Of a DNA stretch of 64,000 nucleotides, positions 25,873 to 38,340 are shown in pieces. Under the pieces are notes generated by a model, which saw nothing but the letters and a program-made list of their open reading frames with translations, had not been told where the DNA came from and did no database searches. The stretch is from Phoronis australis (Eukaryota; Animalia; Phoronida), in contig NMRA01000114.1 of assembly GCA_002633005.1 (NCBI GenBank), positions 212,835 to 276,834 of the forward strand, read 5' to 3'. Position 1 is the stretch's first letter. Every line of letters starts with the position of its first letter. The translations under genes and the position numbers were made by a program.

Positions 25873-28800
25873 TTAATGCAAAAAGCTGTCACTGAGAAGT
25901 CCTTTCTTGCGTCTCAACACTCTAAGCCGTGACAACGCTTCTTTCCACTGGAAGTAAGCACCTTCAAGATGCCGGTAGGGGGACCCATCATCGGCGTGCA
26001 CGCTGCTGACTGCTTGGCGGCCATGTAAAACTCGTTGATTATCAACAACGAGTGTTTCACCTATAAATAAAAGACCCTTGAGTGATGAACTACATGAAGC
26101 AGCATTGTGCCATACGAGTCCACTTCCTTCACCCATTGTGCATGGGTTCGAATCCCATTGGTGCACACTATTCGACCCTTTAGTCAGGTCTCTAGTTTCT
26201 CAGCTTGGTTTAGACTATGTGTAAATAACCCATTTAAATGGTTTCATGAGGTCAGTGTAGCTTGCGCATGTCTGGTATAAGGTGTATCTGATTACCTGCA
26301 ATTATTTTTTTATGAATTCCAGAAATAATAAATCAACTTGACCATGGTTTGTTAACCTTTAAAATGAAGGAAATGACTACATATCGTGCCCTGTAATGTT
26401 TTATCCAAAAGTAATATTATATGACTTACCCGCCTGAAATTTTTTAATAATCGTGTTTTCAGAGTTGTGCAGTTGGTCAACAAATGCCGCGTATGCCTCG
26501 TACATGACCTTGACTTTATCCAAGGGAACAAACCGAAAGTTCATGGCCCACAGGTTGACTTGAATGGACAAAATATCTCTTGTCGTCTCGCAAAGCCTGG
26601 TTTGGAATGAAAAAAAAATTACTCTAAATCTGGAAACAGGTGCAAATGCATAAAATTGCCAGCCAGGTCAAGCCATCTTCTTGTGGTTTCAGTTCTACCA
26701 AGCCAAGTGGCTTCCAGTATGAGCTAAGCAGAACAATTACTCATCGAGATCTGGATAGAGTTCAATACTGCAAAGACCTCCCTAGTACCTCAAAGGAATG
26801 CTTCATGAGATCACTCGACTTATTGCTGTGTATTTTAAATAAGAACATAAGACTTTGGCTAGATTTTTCAGTCCGCGTGACAGTTGTTAAATTCTACCCA
26901 GTTTTGCGCCCCGTTGTTCAAACTTCTCGCGAGCCAGAAAAGAAAAATGTGGCAAGAGCTCGCAAAATCACGCGAGTACAAGGCCAATATCTGACGGGCA
27001 TGGTTAGGAACTTACTAGCTTATCCTGACAAAACACTGGTTATCAAAGAGATTGATTGGTGAAGTAGGAAAGTTGATATCACTGTTCCCGTTCCATAAGA
27101 GATAGTTTTCCCTGATGAAGTGCAAGTTAGTTTAATGCCTTAGGGTTCTACGAAACACATTTCAGTCTCAAAGCGGTACTGAGTGGCCTAGGAAAAGTCT
27201 TCTTTGAACGACGGGATGGGATGGAAGAGGACTTGGCAATCCGGAGATAATCCTACATCTTCTACAGGTACCTCTGTTTATCAGTCCCATCTTGTAACTC
27301 CACAAACAGTGTCATGGGACGGGACTTTCAAGTTCCGTTGCGTTTTCTATGTTTGCGAGCACTATACAGACGCTTTTCAAATATGTCACGTCCACATTTC
27401 CATGTCCTTGCGTTTTTTGACAACACGCTGATCTGTGTTTAAGCAATTGGGTTCGGACTTGGATTCATAGCAGCTAGACTACATTTTACATTGCGCGCAC
27501 CCAGCCTTGAAAATGGGGGTCTCGAATTTCTGGACCTTTTGCTGACAAAACATCCGGAAGACTAATAAAAAAAAAACGGGGTACCACGTTCAGAACCGTG
27601 CGTCTGCGCCTTTTTAGTGGACTTTTGTCTCGTTTTCTGGGACTTTTTGTTTCTCTGGGGCGGACCTTTTTGCCCACTTCGTCAAATGGGGGGCTCGTGC
27701 AAGCCCCCGAGCCTCCCAACCCCCCCCCCCTTGGGTGCGCGCCTGTTTTGTCTGTTGCTTTAAAGGCCACGGCACAGCCCTGACGAATATAAATCCGTAA
27801 AAACCATGTTACAGTTTATCTACAAAAAATCTTAAGGGAGAGCAGTGGCGGATTTTAAGGGGGTCATGGCAGTTCGGGAGTGCGAATGTCTGGCGGGAAA
27901 GTCCTAGCTAATACTCTTCCCTGCAACCCCACCCAACTCAAAATCCTCGATCCGCCCCTGGAGAAGACTGTGAGACATAGAATTACATTCATCAAATGAA
28001 AATTATGGAATTGCAACCCATTTTGCCTACGACCTACTCGATAGGGGCTTTCTCAGAGCAGTATATGAAATCTCCTACGAAATCATCATAGCCGCGGTCG
28101 GGATAAAAGACTTTATTGCCGGTCAACAGTCGGAAAGCTTCGGGATTCTCCGCTTCTAATCGTCTCGCTGCGTGAAATCCGTCGACGAGAGTGTTCTCAC
28201 CGCCTTCTTTGCTTTGTTTCACGAAGTGAAATATTTGAATCTGAAAAACAAAAAATGATGGCTGGGTATTACAACAGTGTTCGTCTCGAAACATCTGAAA
28301 TCGTCACTACTATCGACGTTGCGTAAATTACATTTAAGCGACAGACGTTGCACAATCAGTAGGCACAAGAAAGGCATGGCCCCTTTTGCATTACAAAAAT
28401 ACGAGTTACATGATTCATTATGGAGAGGGCTGCGTGAACCTGGTAACGACAGAGACAAGGAAGAGCATGAACCGCAGGCAAAAATGATAATTATAGGGGT
28501 TGAACGCAGAGGCGGATCGATATTGAGTTAGGGGGGCCAGGGCAGAGTATTAGCCAGGATTTTGCCCGTCACACATTCGCACCCCAAAACTGCCAAATGG
28601 AATCTGGGAGAATTTTAGGGGGTCCATGGCCCCCTTAGCCCCCTCTAAATCCGCCACTGGAACGATAGAAATTCTAAGCAACCCACGAGTCCCTCCTGAA
28701 TACTTCAGCCCAGACGCAATGGCGGCAGATTTTTTATCTGATGAAAAAACGGGATGTGAGCGTTCAATCGCTGGGAAGAGATGCTCTTATGGGTCAATTA

Positions 28801-31800
28801 CTGGGGCCACCGGCTCTTGGTACTTTACAGCACGTAGCAGTCACTGTCGTCGCCGGAAAAACATCACCATCTCACAAAAGTACATGAACGGATACATCAT
28901 GGCAACACGCATTATCAATCAATGTGGATATTTACCCCTGGATTGGGATCGTCGTAAATCATATCATTGTGTAATGGGATGGCATGAGATGAGTAGGGCA
29001 GGGCGTTCGGGTTATCTCTCGAGTACACGTGGGTGACATTCCTGAAAGAAAATCACAACACCCATGAGCTCACTTTTTACGTTTTTAATGTTTATTAGAA
29101 TACAGCAATAATTTATAGTACAATAAAGAGATAACAATTGTCGTATTACTCATTATGATTGCACTCCAGCAAAGATTACAAAGAATACCATTCACATCAC
29201 ATACAAACCTCATGTTTTCAAAAGGATCAGATGTCCAGACTTTTACTTAAGGAGTGAATCTACAAGAGACCCTCTATTTTCAAATTCAATAAATTCTCTA
29301 GTGTACTTTTATATATGTGAAATTTAGTTAAACAAGTTATGAGATTAATAACATCTGGCGCGCCAATTTTCACAAAAAAAATATCTAAAAGAGTTAAATT
29401 AAGCACGATGTGTTTTTCCTAAAAATCACAATTCGAACGAATGCCAAAAAGATTTGCTATGAGGACATGAACCCATCTTTACGACTTGAACAAGTGTCCG
29501 TGGTGCCTTTCCGAACCTAGTGATTTACCGTCAGGAGAAAAAGACCACGGCTCCAAAAAGAAGCTTTACTGGAACACTGCAGTATATTCCGTCAATGTTT
29601 CGCGTTTTTTACCGTGTGTGGGTGGGCGCACGTTATTACCAACCGGTGCTAATAGTCTTCGGTGCGACGATAGACTGAAGACTGGTTCGAGTTCATCGCT
29701 TTATTAATCCCGACCGTACGTTCACAAGCCCACTCAAACAAAACGTCCAACGTAATGTCTGTTGTATGCTCCAGCCAGTGCTGCAAAACCTTGACTTGTG
29801 ATGAACTTCTGAGACACTTTCAGCAACTCAACTATAACTCTCTTGTAACTTTGATTTTCAACTTTTAACTCTTTCAACTATCAACTGCTTAACTGTTGAA
29901 CTGTTTTTTTTTTACTAAAACTTTTTCTAACTATCCCAAACCCAGCCTGGGTATTTATAGTCTCATGCAATGTTCTGGAACTTTTCACCAGTTCAAGCAC
30001 TTTCTGGAACTTTCCGGAATCTACCCAATCATTCTACAAAGATATACTAGCCTCTAGAATAGTCCAGACTGCATTAATCAATGTCATGCTAAAGTCTTCT
30101 AGGAAGTTCCACACTATGTAGTAAACAAATTGCATCATCACTGTACTGAACTCAGGGGTCATGCCAATCAAACAGAACAACAAAACAAAACAAAACAATA
30201 CAACTAAAAACAATGTCAGTCTATATTCTGGCACAATGAGTTCCTACATAACGGATGATTTTTCTTTTTACAAAGCTTTACAAATTCCACTAGCTAGCAA
30301 CAGTTTATACCCTTGCAAATTTCAAAAAATTGGACACCAAGCTGGGGTTGGTTTTCAAAGTAAATGAGAGGATACATCTTGAAAAAACCGACAGCTCGAC
30401 TTCACAGATAACAAAAACAGGTTTTACCCGTAGTGGTAAGGAGTAGGAAAGCCGACACGGTTGCAGAGAGGTTCGACAACGCCCGTTTCCGCTGGACTAT
30501 TCTCCAACACCACAATACCAGTTGTTGCTAGCTCCCACAGAAAGTCGTGCAGAAAATCGTCGTCCTCCATAACCTAAAAAGAAATTGTAGTTCAAGGTGT
30601 ACTTCGTAGCCCGGGTGTGCCTCGTCCTCGTCAAACAGAATAAACTGCAAATAGGACTAGTTTGTCTACTCATTTTTTACAACCATCTTGTATTGGCGGT
30701 ATATTTCTCGAACGGAACAACGCTTTCTGGCGGATGGGCGCAGACTCCTTTGGTGCGCTAGTAAAGCGTCAACATTAACTTATAGCATAGATTATAGACA
30801 ACTATAGCCTACGCTTATACATAGCGACCACAAATACGCGTTCCACCAAAGACGCATTTTTATTTATTCACACTTTCTGATACAAAAATGGTTTTATATT
30901 GTCCCATGAGAAGTGGTGCGAGAGCTTCATCTTCATAAAGATAGTTAAGGTGCACTTCAACCTCACTTACGCCCGTGACTCAGGAAAACGCAGCAACGGC
31001 AGCGGGCTTAAAGCCATTTTCAATGAGCCACACAAGTACAAAATTGTTAAGATGATGATGAATTTTAAATGCTCAATCTTTACATCAGTCTAAACAACTT
31101 GAAAGACTTCCTTAGCGTCCAACTTAACGAGCCATGTTTCTGGAACCGTCAGCCTGTACTGTTAAAAGTCCATGGTGATGTGTTTTTCGTCTTCTGGTCC
31201 TGTTTTTAGAATCGTGTGCATCCCTTATCTCTCCCTCCCTACTGCCCTCTCTAATTCCTTGCCCCCTGATTCCCACCCTCCCTCCCCCTCCTCCCGTCCC
31301 CCACCCTACCTCTCAGCACCCTCCCTCCCTCCTTGCACGCCACGTGATCAATTATAAATGCTTATTTGCCATAAAACATCAAATCAATGCCATCCCACTA
31401 ATTCTGGATTTTATTAAGAACCATTTTCAATACCTGCCTAAAATCTAGTTGTTTTATCCTTTCTTGCATTTCGTTTCCCCATAAACGGTCTCTTGGCGGA
31501 CGCAATAACATGTCGGCTTTTAGTGCACTTTGGACATTCTGCCGGAAACTGCTAGCTTTCAACCAATCGGCGCTGTACGTGCTCTCATGTCCGTCGCTCC
31601 AATGGACTGTCAGCGTGTTGCCATTGGAAACCTGGTAAAAATACACAAAATTATGAAACCGAAAGTAGATGGGAGTACTTTCATGGACATTCATGTTTAA
31701 TCAAGCGGGTTATTTTTCAAAACGTTTTTAGGCTGTTTCGCACATAAACACATGCACAATGTGTCGCTCGTACGTGCGCATGTTAGACAGGAGATTTGGT

Positions 31801-33808
31801 ATCGAACTATCCGAAATGGCTTGCCGGCGAGAAGGGAGCAATACATGAGCGTGCAGAATTTTCTTCGCGGGCAAGGACTAATTTGCGAAAGCAGGGTTGG
31901 TCTTGGCGGTTCTACTGTAGGTGCCCTGCGTCAGTGGTAACGTCACTGTGGTGCGTGGTTTGACGTAGCCTTGGTTCAAATCTATATACTAAATATACAG
32001 CTTTGCGCCAATGTGGGTAAAAAAGTGGTAAGATAAAATCTGGCAAAAAATTACTGTCATTAGAAACTACAGTCTTCCGTGAGTGAATTAGATTATTGAA
32101 CGGTGTTGGAAAAAATGGCGTTCTGCTGTTATTCTGTTGCTAAAGTTATGGAGCGATCTTCAGCGACGGCTTTCGGCGCCATGAAATATCGCATCACTTA
32201 TTGGCCAGTTTTTTTTTCGCCAATTCTTTAATCAATTGTTGTTCTTTCACGAGGTTACGTACATTTCACAACAAATTATCGGAACTGGTTTTTAGAATTT
32301 TGATACTGAAAAATCGAATTTCAGAAGAAATTTTGCTGTTGCCAAGCTATCATCAGCTCCCGAGAGATGTCGCAAAAATTTAGGAAATGGCGCGGGCGCG
32401 TGTCACGAGCGTACTGTTTCTAATGCGACGACGTAGCTTTTCTTTGTTAGAAAAGGTGGAGGATTACGCAAGAAAATGACGCTTACATGCGCCAACGAAG
32501 GGGGGCTCAGGGGCTCGAATGAGCCTCCCCCCATTTGGGAAGTGGGCAAAAAGGTCCCCCCTCAGAGAAACAAAAAGTGTGAGAAAACGAAATAAAAGTC
32601 GACTTAAGAGATGCTAACGCGCAATTCACAGCTCCGATCATAAAAGGTCCACATCGGTAGGAATTCGAAGACTGGGTGCGCTAATGGTTTATTAGACTGT
32701 TTTCCATTAAACGGCTGTAACGGACAAGGTGAGTGTTTGATTACCAGATTTTACATGCAACCCGTGCGGGCATTAGCTCTACATGTTGATACAGGTTTCA
32801 GGGCGAGTTGACTAGCAGAACTACCCTGTCTGTGTGCAATTTCGGGGCCTATGGAAGAAAAACACTCAGTGCTACCTAGCTTATTTTGACGATAGTCTTC
32901 CTACAGCTACATGTAGATGGATGGCTAGGTTTGACGGTGGTCAAGGTCCCTTTCCATGGTAGGTGTTTGGTGGCCCGTGGTCATGGTTCGACTACTGTTC
33001 TGGGAGAAAACATACTTAAAGGATGTTAAATCCTGTTTTGATCATTTCAACCAATCCTCGTTCTGTCACCTGCTAATACGTCATTGAAGTCAATCTTGAA
33101 CGAACGATAAAAGCAGGTTTCAAATAAAAAGTACTATTTTTTGTCACAGAGAAGATACTACAGCTCTTCGTGGGTGGTCTTTCCCTACAGTAGTCGTGTA
33201 ACTCGTGAAAAACGCAAATCACGCTTACCCATCTAAAAGACTTCGCAAGGAATTTTCAAATTTTGCTCGAAGCATTTGAGGGTTGTTTACGAGAACTAGA
33301 TGGAAACGTCGTTTTTAACATCTGTTAATAGGCCAAAATCGGGTGTAATACACTTTAATTTACGAAACAACGAAATGGCAGATTTTTATCTTCATTAATA
33401 TAGACCAGCGATAACATTTAGTTATTTATTTATTTATTTATTCATTCATTCACTCATTCATTTATTTATTTATTTATTCATTTATGTAATATTTACAATG
33501 AGGGTAGCCCCATCAGTTCACACTGCTTTCCATGGGGCCCTCGTGCGATATTAATTACCTGAGTAAAAGACATCTTTGCATTGTCTTTTAAAAACATCCG
33601 CGTTCTAGAGAGAGCACTTCTTTCGAAGCAAGTCTTGCACGTACAGTTGTTGCGGAGGAATACATTGGGGAATATGTCGCGCGTTCCATCACTCCACCGC
33701 ACTGTCGTGTCACCTGTACTATTACTGACTACTTCAGAAAGTACATCGTCAGTCTTTTTTGATGAAGTCGTAACTGCAGACAACTGGCGGAGTCCCTTTG
33801 CTACAAAA
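25873..33808 (-). CDS. BBOX1: Gamma-butyrobetaine dioxygenase-like Fe(II)/2OG dioxygenase
   Basis: Phase-consistent GT-AG exons 33808-33559, 31631-31434, 30573-30428, 29041-28936, 28240-28038, 26596-26430 and 26060-25873. Zn motif FLRNNCTCKTC plus WSDGH; HxD as PLHND; GGENTLVDGF; DNQRVLHGR; RHLEGAYFQW. Weak candidate upstream exons 35438-35397 and 34781-34702 fit the phase. Confidence 0.9.
27489..27745. mobile_element. MITE family B (CATGCGCGCACCC...GGGTGCGCGCATG); other copies 32486-32686, 42772-42975 and 47192-47347
   Basis: Shared TIR and internal blocks (GGGGCTCGAATGAG, AAAAGGTCC); flanks TTTTA/TTTTG, GCTTA/GTTTA and ATATA/ATACA suggest 5-bp TSDs. Confidence 0.75.
27843..27960. mobile_element. 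MITE family A copy (inverted)
   Basis: CAGTGGCGGAT...ATCCGCCCCTG; flanks GAGAG/GAGAA. Confidence 0.75.
28507..28659. mobile_element. MITE family A copy
   Basis: CAGAGGCGGAT...ATCCGCCACTG; perfect TSD GAACG. Confidence 0.85.
29480..30235 (-). mobile_element. Possible solo LTR in a BBOX intron
   Basis: Minus strand starts with TG at 30235 and has a TATAAATA box (about 29953-29960) followed by AATAAA (about 29700); no TSD or clear CA end found. Confidence 0.3.
31966..32927. mobile_element. Complete non-autonomous AcademH-like transposon with 9-bp TSD; hosts a family B MITE
   Basis: TAGCC...GGCTA termini; identical GGTTTGACG at 31957-31965 and 32928-32936; related copies at 7686-8295, 35992-36915 and 6442-6521. 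Confidence 0.85.
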
Positions 33809-35528
33809 CTGAAAAATGAGATTTTAGTACTATTCAAATGAGCTTGATTTTAGCGTAAGGGGAACTAAATTTTCATTTGGACCTCATAACCATAAGGTTA
33901 AACTCCCAACTTAGATGAGAGGTACTTTCTGGGCTAAGAAAAACGGACACTTGGTTATAGCTCAAGACCATGTTCGGAGCATAAAATGACCCGCCGTGAT
34001 CGTACAAGCTGACTTGTAGAGCCTATTCTCAATCAACTAAGATTTGTCAAGTCTTCCTAACCCCAGAAATAGCCTCCTCCGTAGCACAGGGGACATTTTG
34101 AGACCAAGTGCATAACAGGAAGTTGTCAAGACTCTACCGGCTAGTCTCGTTCCAGTGGCCCCCACCCCCTCCCTCCCCAGCCCCCTGTATCCGACGATGC
34201 GCCGCCTATTCGTTACCCAGTGAAAATCTACGTGGTCGAATTAAAAGTAAAGGAGAATATTGCTATGAGGAGGGTAATCTGTGGGAAGCAACCTTCACTG
34301 TTTACTTTACATGACCAGTCATGACCCATATTAGATCGGAGCCATCCAACCTGCTGCTTATGGTGCTAGTCTAGCCGACCGATGCAGTGAAGCGTTTAAA
34401 AACCTATTGATAGGGCCAGGGAGAGAGATCACGTCGTCTTTTTTAATTAAGAGTCAATAAATGGGCCATTGTGTGGGCCAACTCTTAATCCTCCGAGTGT
34501 AGTTAGATATATGTTATAGCCATAGACATACATATTTATAGTCACTTTATCTCAAGGAATGTGATAAGATGAAAATCAACTGACAGCCATCGAAGGTTTT
34601 TTACATCACGCTAAATCGTTGTCAGAGACCTCCGGAGTTGCTATATGGTGCAACTCGGACGGCCTGGGCTCAACAGAACTAACCACAGTCAGTCTACTCA
34701 CCCCAGTGTGAGAAACGAGAGTAGTTCTACTTGCCGTGTCAGTTGCAGCTCATTATCTCTTTTATGACGCACAACGTATGACTGGGCAAAGTAGTAGTAG
34801 TAGTAGTGTAGATAAGAAAGTGGAGCGCGAGACCCTTATTGAGGTTCCCGTCAAGTCCTCACGACCATTCTACGTTATGTACATGAAATGAATACACGGC
34901 CCCTTTTGTAAATTTGGGTCTGCCAACGATATTCTGCACCGTGACATCACCAGTTCATATAGACAGATTGCGCTAGTAACCGTATGTGTTAAAAATCAGA
35001 AGTCACAACTGTTTTGGTGCGCGGGTCAACGAATGTGATGCATTATTTTTTCATGTGAGAGTGCACAAGTACACGTTCTACATTGAAAGAGCGACTCGCC
35101 TGGCAGACGCATTGGAAACTACTGGCAACTCCAAGAAACCGTAAGTTTCCTCGCCAATCTCATAATGTCGTGGAGAATGGATTCAAAGGCGCAGTCCCCA
35201 CACCTTTACACTACTTGCGCCCAAGACTGGTAGAACAAGCAATGAAGAACCCCTGACGCTTTAGCATACACAACTTGCGATGAGGCAGGTGTAGCCGCCG
35301 CGCTGAGACTCGCTCGTGCCACACTACTACACTGTAAAATGAAAGTATACATGTCCCTATTACCAAGCTGACCACCCGCAAACAAAGACAAACTACCTTA
35401 ATTGTCCTACTTTGTTGGCTGAGAGCCGCCGAAGACATGTTCGCGTGATTGAGAACATACTACGGTACGCGACTGGGAAAGTGCAATCACGAGATCAGGT
35501 TGACGTCGTGCTTATCTGCGGCCTATTA

Positions 35529-37935
35529 TAGGCAGTGGGCCAGATCTCATAGCATTCATTCTCATGAGTACTTTGGGGGGGCAACCTAGTTCTTTCTATG
35601 TGGCTATATAATGCACATATAAATCAAATTCCAAAAAGTTCCCACGTCTACACTAGCACATTTCTATTAAAAAAGATGTTTTTGTTGCAATAAATAATGT
35701 GCACATTCCTGCCACTTGGTGACGCTTTTCTATTAAATTGACCAATCAGAGAGCCAGATTGTATTGTTATGCTTGGTGACTTCAATATCGCAGCTCCCTT
35801 GGATAGTGAAGCCTGTGTAATTGAAAGGTTTATCAAACAGCACTAAATTGTGAGAACTTGAAGAAGCTTGGAGAAGCATCCTGACGAAAGCTGATGGACT
35901 GTGGAATTATGTGAATCAGTAGATCGAAAAGAAGAAGAGGTGTCTCAAACGTTTGTGCAGAAAACAGCTGCAATGCCCAACTGGCATATATTATCCAGCC
36001 AGCTACCTATAGCTGTATGAAGACTGTCGTCAAAACAACTAGATACCACTGTGTGTATTTCTTCCGTAGACCCCGAAATTGCACACAGCCAGGGTAGTTC
36101 TGCTCGTCACCTCGCCATGAAACTTGTATCAACATGTAAAGCTAAAGACCGGGCGGGATGCATGCAAAATCTGGGAAGTCAACCTAGGCACTCGATCACC
36201 TTGCCCCGGCGTTTCAGCCGTTTAAGTGAAAAACAATGCAATAAACGTCATTTTTGCGTAACTCTCCTCCTTTTCTAACAATGGAAAGTATGCCGTCGTT
36301 TTGAAAACAGTACGCTCGTGTCACGCGCACGTGCCATTCCTAAATTTTTGCGACATCTCGCCGGAGATGGTGATAGCTTGGCAGCAGCAAAATTTCTTCT
36401 GAAATTCGGTTTTTCGGTATCAAAATTCTGAAAACTTATTGGCCTCATGAAGTGAAACCAGTTCCGATAATTTGTTGTGACGTGTATGCAACGTCGTGAA
36501 AGAACAGCAGTTCATTGAAGAATCGGTGAAAACATAAATTGGCCGTCGCTAAGGATCGCTCCATATATTTAGCAGCAGAATAACGGTAGAACGCTATTTT
36601 TCCAACACCGTTAAATAATTTAGTTTACTCAAGGAAGACTGTAGTTTTTAATGACACTTATTTTGTGTCAGATTTCAGAGGCGGATCTACAGGGGGGGGT
36701 TCAGGGGGTTTAAACCCCCCCCCCCCTCGGGACAGGATCAAAAATAAAAACTGGAAAAAAATCGCCAGAAAAACGAAATTAGCTACTAAAAATCCCAAAA
36801 AAATCNCCCCCCCCCTTACTGAAATCGTAGATCTGCCACTGGATTTTATCTTACCACTTTTTACCCACATCGGTGCAAAGCTGTATATTTAGTATACAGC
36901 TTTGTACCAAGGCTACGTGTGTCTGCGCTGTAGAAGACTTAAGTACGTGTTAGATCAAAAATTGAAAGGACATAGAAACGCATAGCAACGTTTCAAGACA
37001 CCAGCAGTAGTACTAAAGCTGAAGTTGCTGAAAGTGACACAGATGTTATCCAAGATTTCCCAAGATAATCAGTTATAATTCCGAAATCTGAAACATCAAA
37101 TTAACCTGAACCAGATTGGAACATTCTGACATATGAGTACATCATTTGTGAGCATGAAAAGTATTAGTATTATCAACCACATTTCGAGAAAGAGAAAGAT
37201 GTAGCAACTTTATAGCTTTGAAAAACAGGTACGAGGTACATCTCAGTGTTTTCCAAGTGTGTTCAGTATTATCATCAGTAATGTTTTTTTAACTTGTTCA
37301 GCCCCTTGGCTTCCCAGGCCTTATAGACAATACCGCTGGCCCAGTAAAGATTGTGATTATACCATAGGTCCTTCATATGCCGGATGCTTTTTGGCAAGTT
37401 ATGCATCACACTGTTTAAATCACCATTCATGTTGCTATAAGTTTAGAAGTGTGTTTTCCGCATAGAGGATCAATGCCTTAGGAGGCCTTTAGTGTTTTTA
37501 TTTGTTCCCAGTTTAATCAAATACAATCCTGATTTTCGAACACTCAGTCATTCAGTTGCCCAAATCAGCACTGTTTGCATCAGGGGATAATCAGAAGGCG
37601 TTATACTGTGGGTGTGATTTTAAGCCCTTTAAGTCAAAATTTTTGAGAAGGTTAAATGGAGTAGATGGTTGCAATCAACATGCCCAAGCAACCGTCATCT
37701 CCTGCCGTAATCCTAGGACAGAGGGAATCTCTTCTCAATTTTTCGTAAACTTTAATTACTTAGGTGGCATCAATGGTAATTAAATTGAAGGGCCTAACTG
37801 TCCAGCGCCCCGGGCCTTGTAATTTGAGGACAAGGGATGCCCTGTCCATTTTGTCAGACGTTGATTACCTTAAGTGTAAATCGATTTACTACAGTATGAG
37901 CATCTGATTAAAAAAGTTTAATTTTAATCACTGCA
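35529..37935 (+). mobile_element. Second (5') Academ copy, interrupted by an AcademH-like insertion
   Basis: Colinear with 16505-17935 on both sides of about 35975-36920; starts TAGGCAGTGGGCCAGATCTCATAGC. Confidence 0.8.
35992..36915. mobile_element. AcademH-like non-autonomous copy (inverted relative to 31966-32927) containing a family A-type MITE at 36676-36841
   Basis: Ends CCAAGGCTA; inner MITE CAGAGGCGGATCT...AGATCTGCCACTG with perfect TSD GATTT. Confidence 0.8.
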
Positions 37936-37939
37936 TCGA

Positions 37940-38340
37940 CACTTTCCCGGTAAGAAAAAAAAAACAAGTAGACAGCTGTATTAAAAATGAAATAACGAAA
38001 ACCGGTACGAAACATTTTTAAAACAATCGTTCCTTTGGGAAGTGTCTTTTAGTGATGATAATCACAAATTAACTTCTTTAGTCATTTTGTAATATTTAAA
38101 ATGTACCAAGTTAAAACAACTTTCCACTGTTGCAAGCTGTAACACTGCAAATACCAGAAAAAAAAAACAATTTGGCTGTAACAACTATCATTGTTGAGGC
38201 AGTAGTGCTAGCTATTACCTTTCCACTTCAGTAGCTCAGATCCGCATGAATACAAAGGGGTGCTGAATAGGCATCATAAAAATTGTCTAGGACTAAGGTA
38301 ATCTGATCGGTGAGCAGTGTAAGCCAGAAATTCTCCTCAT
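37940..38340 (+). repeat. Third copy of the neurensin 3'-flank module
   Basis: Colinear with about 24910-25300 and 9000-9385. Confidence 0.8.
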
